A stretch of 41,474 nucleotides of DNA from Candidatus Amesbacteria bacterium (lineage in GTDB: Bacteria > Patescibacteriota > Microgenomatia > CAZETR01 > Amesbacteraceae): the NCBI GenBank assembly GCA_016219445.1, contig JACRNA010000022.1, forward strand, positions 1-41,474, written 5' to 3'. The position numbers and the translations under genes were made by a program. The notes below the pieces were generated by a model. It did not search any database. It was not told the origin of the DNA and saw only the letters and a list, made by a program, of their open reading frames with translations. Below, one piece after another: positions 33,994 through 41,474 of this stretch (its first letter is position 1; every line of letters begins with the position of its first letter).

Positions 33994-35508
33994 ATGATTA
34001 AATACATTGCCTACTGCCGAAGATCAATCGAACAGGAAGAAAAACAGGCTTTATCTATCGAAGCGCAAATTGCCGAACTGAAAGAATTTGCGCTAAAAGA
34101 AAAACTTGATGTTGTGGAATTTTTAACCGAATCCAAGACCGCCAAAGTTCCCGGCCGCGAAGTTTTTGGCCAACTAATCAAGAAAATTCAGCAAGGCGAA
34201 GCTCAAGGAATTTTGGCATGGCACCCTGACAGACTGGCTAGGAATTCCGTTGATGGTGGCCAAATTATTTATCTTCTGGATACCGAAAAAATTCTTGACC
34301 TGAAATTTCCCACTTTCTGGTTTGACAGTACACCTCAAGGGAAATTCATGTTATCAATTGCTTTCTCTCAATCAAAATATTATGTGGACAATTTAAGTGA
34401 GAATGTAAAACGCGGTAATCGCCAAAAACTCCGTCGGGGTGTTTATCCCTCAAAAGCTCCAATTGGCTATTACAACGAACCGCGATTACGAACGATTGAA
34501 GTTGATCGACAAACAGCAACAATCGTTCAGAAAGCTTTTGAGATGTATGGGACCGGAAATTGCTCCATGGCTGATATTCAGCGATTTTTCTTTAAAAAAG
34601 GAGTCAGAAGAAAGAAAAATGACAAAATGTTGCCCATGAGCCAAGTTCAAAAACTTTTATCAAACACTTTTTACTATGGTTTGATGAAATATGCCGGCGA
34701 ATTTTATGAAGGGATCCATAAACCATTAATCTCCAAAGGTTTGTTCGACAAAGTTCAACAAGTTCAAAAACAGCGCGGAAAACCGAGAAAACAAGCCCAC
34801 AATTTTCCGTTTCTCGGCCTTGTTCGTTGTGGTGAATGTGGGGCTTCGGTGACTGCTGAAGAACACTTCAAGTTTTATCCTTCAACCAGAGGTAAAGTTG
34901 CGTATGTTTACTATCACTGCACAAAAAGGAAAATTCGCCAGCCCTGTTCACAGCGTTACCTCAATAGTGTCGAGTTTGAAAAACAGCTACGGGAACTTTT
35001 AGCAAAAATAAATCTCCCCAAAAGATGGGCTGAAAAGTGGCTGGAGAAACTGGATCAGGAACAAAAAACGGAAATTGGCAGAGTTGAGGAAAACACAACA
35101 GAAATTAACCAAAAAGTACAAACAGTCGACCAAAAATTAGGCCGCTTGTTAGACGTTTATCTAAATCAGGAAGTTGACCTGCTTTCCTATCAACAAAAGA
35201 AAAGTCAATTATTGGAAGAAAAAGTCGGACTGAAAGAAAAAATTGCAGAGACATTAAAAAACGGAAACGATTGGTTCGAACCAATGAGGGAATTTATAAA
35301 CGTGGCCGCCGAAGCGGCCAAAACCGCGCGCGCCGAAAACAATAACCAAGAATTAAAACTCTTGGTTCAAAAAGTCGGTTCGAACTACACTTTATTAAAT
35401 CGGCAGCTTTTTTGCCAGTTCAAAAAGGGCTTCGCAGAGGTCTTTTCCTTCGGCGGCTCCTGCGGAGCCGCCTCCGACTCGCTACAAAATCCAATTTGGT
35501 GGGCCTGA
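33994..35508 (+). CDS. Large serine recombinase (integrase)
   Basis: YCRRS catalytic Ser, DRLARN, recombinase domain, Zn ribbon CGECG…YYHC…C, coiled coil. Confidence 0.95.
   Translation: MIKYIAYCRRSIEQEEKQALSIEAQIAELKEFALKEKLDVVEFLTESKTAKVPGREVFGQLIKKIQQGEAQGILAWHPDRLARNSVDGGQIIYLLDTEKILDLKFPTFWFDSTPQGKFMLSIAFSQSKYYVDNLSENVKRGNRQKLRRGVYPSKAPIGYYNEPRLRTIEVDRQTATIVQKAFEMYGTGNCSMADIQRFFFKKGVRRKKNDKMLPMSQVQKLLSNTFYYGLMKYAGEFYEGIHKPLISKGLFDKVQQVQKQRGKPRKQAHNFPFLGLVRCGECGASVTAEEHFKFYPSTRGKVAYVYYHCTKRKIRQPCSQRYLNSVEFEKQLRELLAKINLPKRWAEKWLEKLDQEQKTEIGRVEENTTEINQKVQTVDQKLGRLLDVYLNQEVDLLSYQQKKSQLLEEKVGLKEKIAETLKNGNDWFEPMREFINVAAEAAKTARAENNNQELKLLVQKVGSNYTLLNRQLFCQFKKGFAEVFSFGGSCGAASDSLQNPIWWA
35401..35502 (+). 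repeat. Inverted repeat B (3' end of the integrase; putative attR element arm)
   Basis: Exact reverse complement of 33832-33933. Confidence 0.95.
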
Positions 35509-35581
35509 GAGGACTCGAACCTCTACCCCTCGCGGGACAGGTTCCTAAAACCTGCGTGTATACCAATTTCACCACAAGCCC
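35497..35581 (-). tRNA. tRNA-Leu(TAG)
   Basis: Anticodon arm caggt-ttTAGga-acctg, long variable arm, GGTTCGAGTCC, encoded CCA. Confidence 0.95.
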
Positions 35582-35600
35582 AATTCTGAAATTATACAAC

Positions 35601-35633
35601 AAAAAAGCCTCGACTCCTGCCCGTTGTCGAGGC
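35601..35633 (-). terminator. Rho-independent terminator
   Basis: Minus strand gcctcgac-11 nt-gtcgaggc-T6. Confidence 0.65.
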
Positions 35634-35691
35634 TCAAGAATTATGTCGCCTCAAAAATTAATTTAAAGCCACAAAACCTATATATACTATA

Positions 35692-36432
35692 CTATAGGAC
35701 AGCTTGTCTGTCAAGTCGCTGGACTTTCACAAAAATACTCGGTCCAAAATAGATACTTGCTAGGGTTTTTTGAAGCCAATTTTCGAGTTTCAATGAATTG
35801 AAAGGTAATCCCCTAAAATTGGATACAGACAGCAATTTGTCAATCTTATATCCACTCTTGATCAGGAGTTTTTGTAATGAAACCGGATGATGATTGACAA
35901 AGGGAATGGTCTGATTGCGGATGTTGACAGCCCGCCTTCTATCTATGGGAGCTGGCAATATGGGCTTGCCAGAAATAAAGCTCATAATACGAGATTTCAA
36001 ATTCAGAGAATTGGCAAATTCAATAATAGCTACACCATTGGGTTTTAATATTCGGTGGATTTCATTTAAGACAATACTGGTTTCTGTCAGGTGATGCATG
36101 ACCCGAACCATGACCACCAGATCACAGCTCTGGTCGGGTAGCTTTGTCTTCTGGCAAGTACCAGCTAGAATTTTGATATTCTTTATACCCTTCAAATGAG
36201 ACTTGGCAAAATTTCGCTGTTTTAGTGATGGCTCTACAAGCAGTACTTGCTTGGCATAAGAAGTCAGAAAGCTTGCCAATCTCCCGTATCCCCCACCTAG
36301 ATCCAAGGCAGTCTGAAAATGCCGGGTACCCAAGAGATTTTTTAGAGCAATAATTTCACTCTCGTGTTCATAGTTTCTGGTTTTCCAATAATCCAGATAG
36401 GAAAAATCGGGGTCATCATAAAAGTGTCCCAT
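35692..36432 (-). CDS. Class I SAM-dependent methyltransferase
   Basis: LDLGGGYGR, DLVVMVRVMHH, RILKPNG. Confidence 0.9.
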   Translation of the reverse strand: MGHFYDDPDFSYLDYWKTRNYEHESEIIALKNLLGTRHFQTALDLGGGYGRLASFLTSYAKQVLLVEPSLKQRNFAKSHLKGIKNIKILAGTCQKTKLPDQSCDLVVMVRVMHHLTETSIVLNEIHRILKPNGVAIIEFANSLNLKSRIMSFISGKPILPAPIDRRRAVNIRNQTIPFVNHHPVSLQKLLIKSGYKIDKLLSVSNFRGLPFNSLKLENWLQKTLASIYFGPSIFVKVQRLDRQAVL

Positions 36433-36433
36433 A

Positions 36434-37003
36434 TTACTCGATGTCACTTAAAAATTGGTTGACTCCCTTGGCCCAAGAGCCTTGGGAGGGAGGAGTATAT
36501 TTGGCCATGATTTTTTCGGGTGTGTCCAAGCCTTTATCTACATAATTCTTTTTCAAGCCCCTAGCAACCGTATCCATCCCATCGACAAACGACTCAAATC
36601 TGGTCACCAGATCACCATAAATTCCATAGCCCCAGCAATTGTAGGAATTAACAGGGATCTTTTTACAGAGATTTGACTCTTGCTGAGCAATTGCTGCCAG
36701 AAGTCTCCAATCAAGGCCGTATTTATCGGAAATTTCGACTAATTCTCTGGCGTGGGGAAGCAATGGAGACTTGTATTTCTTGAGATAATTTGTGATGAGG
36801 AGCACTCTACCGTCAGCAGAGCCAAACTTTAGATTCCAAGTGGGAACAGAGTCATCTTTGGGACTTAGGACTTGGGTCGTATAGGCTACATCAGCTTTAG
36901 GGATAGTAGGCGCAGGAGCGCTCAAGACCAAGGTAAGAAAGGTGGCGACTAATGTCAATGGTGCGCCTATCGCAAATCCCCCTACCCACCATAGTTTATG
37001 CAT
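36434..37003 (-). CDS. Membrane-anchored lysozyme-like / glucosaminidase-domain protein
   Basis: TM helix; YGLDWRLLAAIAQQES, NCWGYG, KYTPP…W. Confidence 0.7.
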   Translation of the reverse strand: MHKLWWVGGFAIGAPLTLVATFLTLVLSAPAPTIPKADVAYTTQVLSPKDDSVPTWNLKFGSADGRVLLITNYLKKYKSPLLPHARELVEISDKYGLDWRLLAAIAQQESNLCKKIPVNSYNCWGYGIYGDLVTRFESFVDGMDTVARGLKKNYVDKGLDTPEKIMAKYTPPSQGSWAKGVNQFLSDIE

Positions 37004-37033
37004 GCCTCTATTTTACCAAATTTTCATTTTTAG

Positions 37034-37118
37034 TGTCGGGAGCGGGACTCGAACCCGCACGAAGCAAAAACTTCGAGAGCTCTTAAGGCTCTTGCGTATA
37101 CCATTTCGCCACCCCGAC
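37034..37118 (-). tRNA. tRNA-Leu(TAA)
   Basis: agagc-ctTAAga-gctct, long variable arm. Confidence 0.93.
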
Positions 37119-37142
37119 TAGATGCATTAATCATTTTATCAT

Positions 37143-38120
37143 TTAAACCTCTCGGATGACTTCAAATCCCTTTAGGCTTCCGACAACGGCGAAACCGTAG
37201 ACTTTTTGGGCAATGCCCATTTGTTTTATTTTTTTGGCCGTCTCGTTTAGAGTCGCTGCTGAACCGACAGCATCATCAATTAATAATAAATTATTATATC
37301 TGACATTAATTTTATCAATAAATATTGTTTCTCTAGCATTTCTGATTCTTTCCTCCAGCTTACCCAATGTCTTCTGAGCGACTCTGATTTTACCTGGATA
37401 TGCCTTGGACATATCTACGATTGGCAAAGCAAGATTTAGCTTTTTGGCAAATTCTTTTAAAAACTGGACCTTGCGCAAAATACTATGAGGTAGGTAACCT
37501 ATAGCATCAATATTTTTTTCAATAATAAGTTTATTTATAATGTCTTTAGATTCTTCTGCTGTTATCGCAATAAGATCACGATTTTCAGATTGTTTGGAAT
37601 AGAGCATTAAACACCCGAGTCTAGTCTTGCCAAAAGTCGGCAAACTATAAAAATCGCTGTAGTATATACCATCCAAATTCATATCTGATCTATATGTAGC
37701 AGATACGTTTGATGTCGCGTCAATCCATCCTTCTGATGAAAATAGAGAATTGGCACTTTCTCTGTCTTTGATATACTGAGATAACAAGCTATTTTCCTGT
37801 TCAGACTTACTGACATTTGATAACCAGCTACGAAAACCAGACAGTCCATCTCTAAACTGTCCAGTTGGGTCTACATAAGCAAAATATTTATCCAATAAAA
37901 CATGAGTTTCTTTGATTTGGTCGGGAGATATTGTAACTAATGTATAGAATACCTTTGGCGCGGACCCGGACTTGGTCAATTTGCCAATTTCAACTAAGGA
38001 TTTTAGTTGGCGGTGAAGTGCCACCTTACCTATGCCTAAGTGATCGGCTAGCTCACTTACTCTAGCCTGACCATTAGTTTTTAGGTATCCCAGAATTTTA
38101 ATTTTTGTATCTGTAATCAT
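37143..38120 (-). CDS. wHTH plus phosphoribosyltransferase-domain protein (ComF-like C-terminus)
   Basis: N-terminal HTH (VSELADHLGIGKVALHRQLKSL); PRPP-binding motif LLIDDAVGSAATL. Confidence 0.8.
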   Translation of the reverse strand: MITDTKIKILGYLKTNGQARVSELADHLGIGKVALHRQLKSLVEIGKLTKSGSAPKVFYTLVTISPDQIKETHVLLDKYFAYVDPTGQFRDGLSGFRSWLSNVSKSEQENSLLSQYIKDRESANSLFSSEGWIDATSNVSATYRSDMNLDGIYYSDFYSLPTFGKTRLGCLMLYSKQSENRDLIAITAEESKDIINKLIIEKNIDAIGYLPHSILRKVQFLKEFAKKLNLALPIVDMSKAYPGKIRVAQKTLGKLEERIRNARETIFIDKINVRYNNLLLIDDAVGSAATLNETAKKIKQMGIAQKVYGFAVVGSLKGFEVIREV

Positions 38121-38153
38121 AGTATACAGTATACCATATATTATATACTATTG

Positions 38154-38227
38154 TGGACGGCTAGGGATTCGAACCCCAGACCCCCGCTGTGTAAAAGCGG
38201 TGCTCTAACCAGCTGAGCTAGCCGTCC
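38154..38227 (-). tRNA. tRNA-Val(TAC)
   Basis: ccgct-ttTACac-agcgg; canonical D and T arms. Confidence 0.93.
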
Positions 38228-38239
38228 GAATGAATAGAG

Positions 38240-38322
38240 TGCGGCGAGAGGGAGTCGAACCCACACATCCTTGCGGACACTGGCTTCTGAGGCCAGCGCG
38301 TCTGCCATTCCGCCATCGCCGC
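38240..38322 (-). tRNA. tRNA-Leu(CAG)
   Basis: ctggc-ctCAGaa-gccag, long variable arm. Confidence 0.92.
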
Positions 38323-38384
38323 GCACTTTAAATATTTTAACATATTATCTTTACAAAATATGGTATACGCTATATACTTGAGAT

Positions 38385-39041
38385 ATGGACTGGACCGCTA
38401 ACCTTGCTTATGTTGTGGGTCTTATTACTACGGACGGTAATTTATCTAAAGATGGAAGGCATCTTATATTTGTTTCAAAAGAGCTAGAACAAATAGAGAA
38501 TTTTAAAACTGGTTTAAAAATTAATAATAAAGTAGGAATCAAGACTGGAGGCTACTCTGGTAGTGGGCAATGTTATTATATTCAATTCAGTAATGTTGCC
38601 ATATATAATTTTTTATTATCAATCGGTCTAATGCCAAATAAAACCAAAATATTAGGTAAAATGGATATTCCAGATAACTATTTTCCGGACTTCCTTAGAG
38701 GTCATTTGGATGGAGATGGTACAACTTACTCGTATTGGGACAAAAGATGGAGATCAAGCTTCATGTTGTATATGACGTTTATCTCGGCGAGTAAAGAACA
38801 TTTAAAGTGGATGAAATTTAATATTTTTAGGTTATATGGAATCTCTGGAACACTAAAGTTTAGTGGTAGATCAGTTTATCATTTGGTATTTGCTAAGATT
38901 GCTTCAATCAAGCTCATAAACATTGTATATTATACTCAGGTTAAGCTTTTCTTAAGCCGAAAAAGGTTTAAAATACTGCAAGCATTAGATATAATCAAAA
39001 AAGTACGCCGGGATGTTGTAATGGTAGCCAAGCATGCTTGA
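38385..39041 (+). CDS. Free-standing LAGLIDADG-type homing endonuclease
   Basis: Two motifs, LAYVVGLITTDG and FLRGHLDGDG. Confidence 0.85.
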   Translation: MDWTANLAYVVGLITTDGNLSKDGRHLIFVSKELEQIENFKTGLKINNKVGIKTGGYSGSGQCYYIQFSNVAIYNFLLSIGLMPNKTKILGKMDIPDNYFPDFLRGHLDGDGTTYSYWDKRWRSSFMLYMTFISASKEHLKWMKFNIFRLYGISGTLKFSGRSVYHLVFAKIASIKLINIVYYTQVKLFLSRKRFKILQALDIIKKVRRDVVMVAKHA

Positions 39042-39089
39042 GGTGCATGTGCTGTAAAAAGCGTGGAGGTTCGAGTCCTCTTCCCGGCA
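39007..39089 (+). tRNA. tRNA-Leu(GAG)
   Basis: catgc-ttGAGgt-gcatg, long variable arm. Confidence 0.92.
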
Positions 39090-39114
39090 CAAAATTGATA
39101 TAATATGTATTGTT

Positions 39115-39187
39115 GCCGAGATAGCCAAGATGGTCAAGGCGCTTGTCTGAAGAACAAGTTATAAAGGTTCGAGTCCTTTTCTCGGCA
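39115..39187 (+). tRNA. tRNA-Phe(GAA)
   Basis: cttgt-ctGAAga-acaag; acceptor gccgaga/tctcggc. Confidence 0.92.
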
Positions 39188-39223
39188 CTTTGACAAATAA
39201 AGTAGTCTGGTATCTTTGAACTA

Positions 39224-39903
39224 TTGATGTTATCCTGTATTTGGATGATAAGATTAGTCAGAGATCTTGAATTGTTTAAGAAAGTTGAAATAGCTAGGAA
39301 GCTTGGGAGAAGTTACTCAGATTTAAACAAAGAGTTCAAAGTTTCTAAAAGTGCTTTAAGTTCTTGGTTTTCAAGTTCTAAGTGGTCGAGTGACATTAAA
39401 ACGTCTTTTGTCATTAGAAATAATGAGCATAATAAAGACAGATTGATGGCAATGAATAAAGCAAAAGCTAAGTATAAACTTGCAAGGTATACTAAATACC
39501 AAATCCCCTGTTTTTTACTGGTGTCTCACTATATTGGGGCGAGGGTGAAAAGGCAAACAAAAGCAGAGTTTCCATAATTAATTCCGACGCCAATCTTCTA
39601 AAAGTTGAAATCAGTTTTTTTAGAAATATTATGTTGATTCCTGAAGAAAAGTTAAGAGCAGCTATTTTTATCTATAGTGATATTGATGCAAACAAGGCTC
39701 TAGAGTACTGGTCAGATCAAATTAAGTTATCAAAGAAACAATTTATAAAAACTCAGATTTTACCCAGCCATAGTAAACTCACCCAAAGAAGAACTTTATA
39801 CGGTATGTGTAATGTCTATTTTTCAAGCACGGAATTTAATGTTAAAATGAGGGGGTGGATTGACTTATTGGCAAATGATTACGCGGCTATGGTTCATCGG
39901 TAG
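39224..39903 (+). pseudogene. Frameshifted HTH plus LAGLIDADG-like gene
   Basis: HTH in the frame of 39224. The frame of 39631 is open back to 39496 and encodes NPLFFTGVSLYWGEGEK…NSD, so the frameshift or deletion is near 39500. Confidence 0.7.
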
Positions 39904-39953
39904 AACACGTTCTTGCCAAGAATGAGAGACGGGTTCGATTCCCGTTAGCCGCT
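39883..39953 (+). tRNA. tRNA-Gly(GCC)
   Basis: cgttc-ttGCCaa-gaatg; acceptor gcggcta/tagccgc; U discriminator. Confidence 0.92.
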
Positions 39954-41389
39954 CCCTCCCCTCGGGCTTTTTTGTCGGAAAGGATGAGGTTCGAGCCGAA
40001 GATTTTTTGGGCCAACACTTTTTTGGCTTCTAAGTCTTTACCCCTTGCGATATTAGCCGCGTCAGCGGCTTCAATTATCCACTCTCTCATGGGTTCGAGC
40101 CAAGCATGGTGCGTTTGCTCAAAGCGGAAGATTTGTTCTTCCAGCGTCTTCTTTTCTGATAACAATTCTGATTTCTTGTTGAGATACGAATCGCGGTCAA
40201 CATCCTGATCAAGATATGAGTAAAGAAGACGCTGAAGTCTGAACGTTTTTTCTTTGATCTCTTCCCGCTTGCTTTGAGTAAACGCACCGCAGGAATGGGC
40301 AAGTTCCGTTTTCTCTCCTTCCAGTTTGTCTAACATCTTTCTTGCCCAGTCCTGCCGCAAAGAAACTGACAAAATCATGTCTGATAATTGGCTGTCCAGC
40401 TCTTCCTGTCTGATGAATGGCTGTATGCATTTAATAGTCTTGGACTTTTTCGTGCACCGGTAATAGGTATAGGTGGCGTGATGATTGGTGTGTATATAAT
40501 ATTTCAATTTCTGTTCGGCGGTGATCATCATGTTGCACTCCCCGCAACGAAAAAGTCCTAAGAATGGTTTGAGAATACGGGGTTTTGACCAGGATTTTGA
40601 TCTTTTGTTTAAGACCAGCTGGACAGCCTCAAACAGTTTCTTTGCGATGATTGGCTCTTGAACCCCTTCGTGGATCTCGCCGAGGAAACGGAAATGGCCA
40701 TAATAAAAGGGGTTGGTAAGAATATGTTTGGTTACCTGATTAATCGGCCATGATTTACCGCCACTGGTAATAATGCCATTTCCCGCCAAAAAGTCTCTGA
40801 TATCCATGATCCGATAGGTTCCGGTAGCAAACATCTCAAAAGCCTGTTTAACAATAGGAGCTTTTTTGCGGTCAACGGCAATGGTTTTAGTCAGCGGATC
40901 GTTGAGATAGCCAACAGGCGCAAGTCCTGGCATTTCTCCTCTTCTGACTTTTTGGCGCAGACCTCTCTTGGTGTTTTCCGAAAGCGAGTCCACGAAGTAT
41001 TTACTCTGTCCAAAGGCGATTTGCAGCATAAATTTACCTTGGGGTGTGGCTTCAAACCAGAACTGGGGAAACTTCAGGGCTTTGATCTTATCCGTGTCGA
41101 CTAGATATATTAATTTTCCTCCGTCGACACTATTGCGCGCAAGTCTGTCCGGATGCCAGCTGACAATGCCGCTCGCTTCCTCTTTTTCAATCCGGTCGAT
41201 CATAGAGTTAAAAATGGGACGGCCTGGTATTTTGGCGGATTGTTTCTCGATAAGCTCCTCGACTACAAATAACTTTTCGCGAGCGGCATATTCCCGGAGT
41301 TCGGCAAGCTGAGCCTCAATAGACAAGATTTGCTTGTCTTCGACATCTGTTGATTTGCGCGCATACAAAAAGAATTTTGGGGTGTCCAT
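39887..41389 (-). CDS. Large serine recombinase (integrase of a second element at tRNA-Gly)
   Basis: YARKS, WHPDRLARNSVDGG, CGEC…YYRC; clear paralogue of 33994-35508. Confidence 0.95.
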   Translation of the reverse strand: MDTPKFFLYARKSTDVEDKQILSIEAQLAELREYAAREKLFVVEELIEKQSAKIPGRPIFNSMIDRIEKEEASGIVSWHPDRLARNSVDGGKLIYLVDTDKIKALKFPQFWFEATPQGKFMLQIAFGQSKYFVDSLSENTKRGLRQKVRRGEMPGLAPVGYLNDPLTKTIAVDRKKAPIVKQAFEMFATGTYRIMDIRDFLAGNGIITSGGKSWPINQVTKHILTNPFYYGHFRFLGEIHEGVQEPIIAKKLFEAVQLVLNKRSKSWSKPRILKPFLGLFRCGECNMMITAEQKLKYYIHTNHHATYTYYRCTKKSKTIKCIQPFIRQEELDSQLSDMILSVSLRQDWARKMLDKLEGEKTELAHSCGAFTQSKREEIKEKTFRLQRLLYSYLDQDVDRDSYLNKKSELLSEKKTLEEQIFRFEQTHHAWLEPMREWIIEAADAANIARGKDLEAKKVLAQKIFGSNLILSDKKARGEGAANGNRTRLSFLARTCSTDEP

Positions 41390-41474
41390 GACTATCAATA
41401 GACTTGTCCCGTAATAAGATCTTTGATATAGTTTGGTTGTGAATATTCGCTCTGCCCTGCGAACCGACAGGATG
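39954..41474. mobile_element. Left end of a second tRNA-targeting integrative element (continues beyond the window)
   Basis: Serine recombinase reads antisense into the tRNA-Gly 3' end, the same geometry as the tRNA-Leu island. Confidence 0.65.

Larger units (their letters stand above)
29139..35502. mobile_element. Integrative island at the 3' end of tRNA-Leu(TAG), encoding a large serine recombinase and an RM system
   Basis: Recombinase abuts the tRNA. A GTGG core lies at 29139-29142 and 35499-35502. Both ends are found joined (inverted) at 33736-33933. Cargo is defence-type. Confidence 0.8.

Noticed and set aside
33604..34007. ORFs 33604-33852 (+) and 33675-34007 (-) as genes
   Set aside because: They lie across the inverted att repeats; the open frames are explained by the repeat sequence.
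33832..35502. Diversity-generating retroelement TR/VR pair
   Set aside because: The repeats are inverted and identical, show no adenine-specific mismatches, and no reverse transcriptase is in the window.
38385..39089. Group I intron within a tRNA
   Set aside because: The flanking tRNAs fold completely without interruption and there is no room for a ribozyme core.
1..41474. CRISPR array or cas genes
   Set aside because: No regularly spaced repeat-spacer series and no Cas-like ORF seen.
29139..41474. Prophage
   Set aside because: No structural, terminase, replication or lysis module; only integrases and defence-type cargo.

Overview
A 41.5-kb chromosomal segment whose gene content and organisation fit a Patescibacteria (CPR, Microgenomates-like) bacterium; the taxonomy is inferred. 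From left to right it holds: a thymidylate-synthase-like gene; a type IV pilus cluster (Cys-rich adhesin-like gene, prepilins, pilM/N/O-like) interrupted by an asparagine-synthetase-like gene that is flanked by a 17-bp direct repeat; housekeeping genes (khpA, rpsP, rnc, nusB with an ACP-like tail, rpmF, recG, class A PBP, pheT, an AlaX-PheS fusion, rplT-rpmI-infC-thrS, nfo, tig, cyclophilin); a RAYT transposase between identical hairpins; a ~6.4-kb island integrated at tRNA-Leu(TAG); a tRNA cluster with interleaved LAGLIDADG-type genes; and a second large serine recombinase abutting tRNA-Gly. The island carries a SEC-C protein, a LexA-DNA methyltransferase fusion, an Hpy99I-like REase, an XRE controller and a large serine recombinase. 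Best novel candidates: (1) the island holds an internal inverted copy of its own predicted attP junction, so excision or inversion would swap the integrase C-terminus; (2) two attenuator-like switches, one with an unannotated leaderless Phe/Tyr leader peptide and one apparently using the Phe-containing C-terminal tail of ribosomal protein L20 upstream of pheST; (3) the AlaX-PheS fusion. All calls come from reading the sequence and motifs by eye; no database searches were run.
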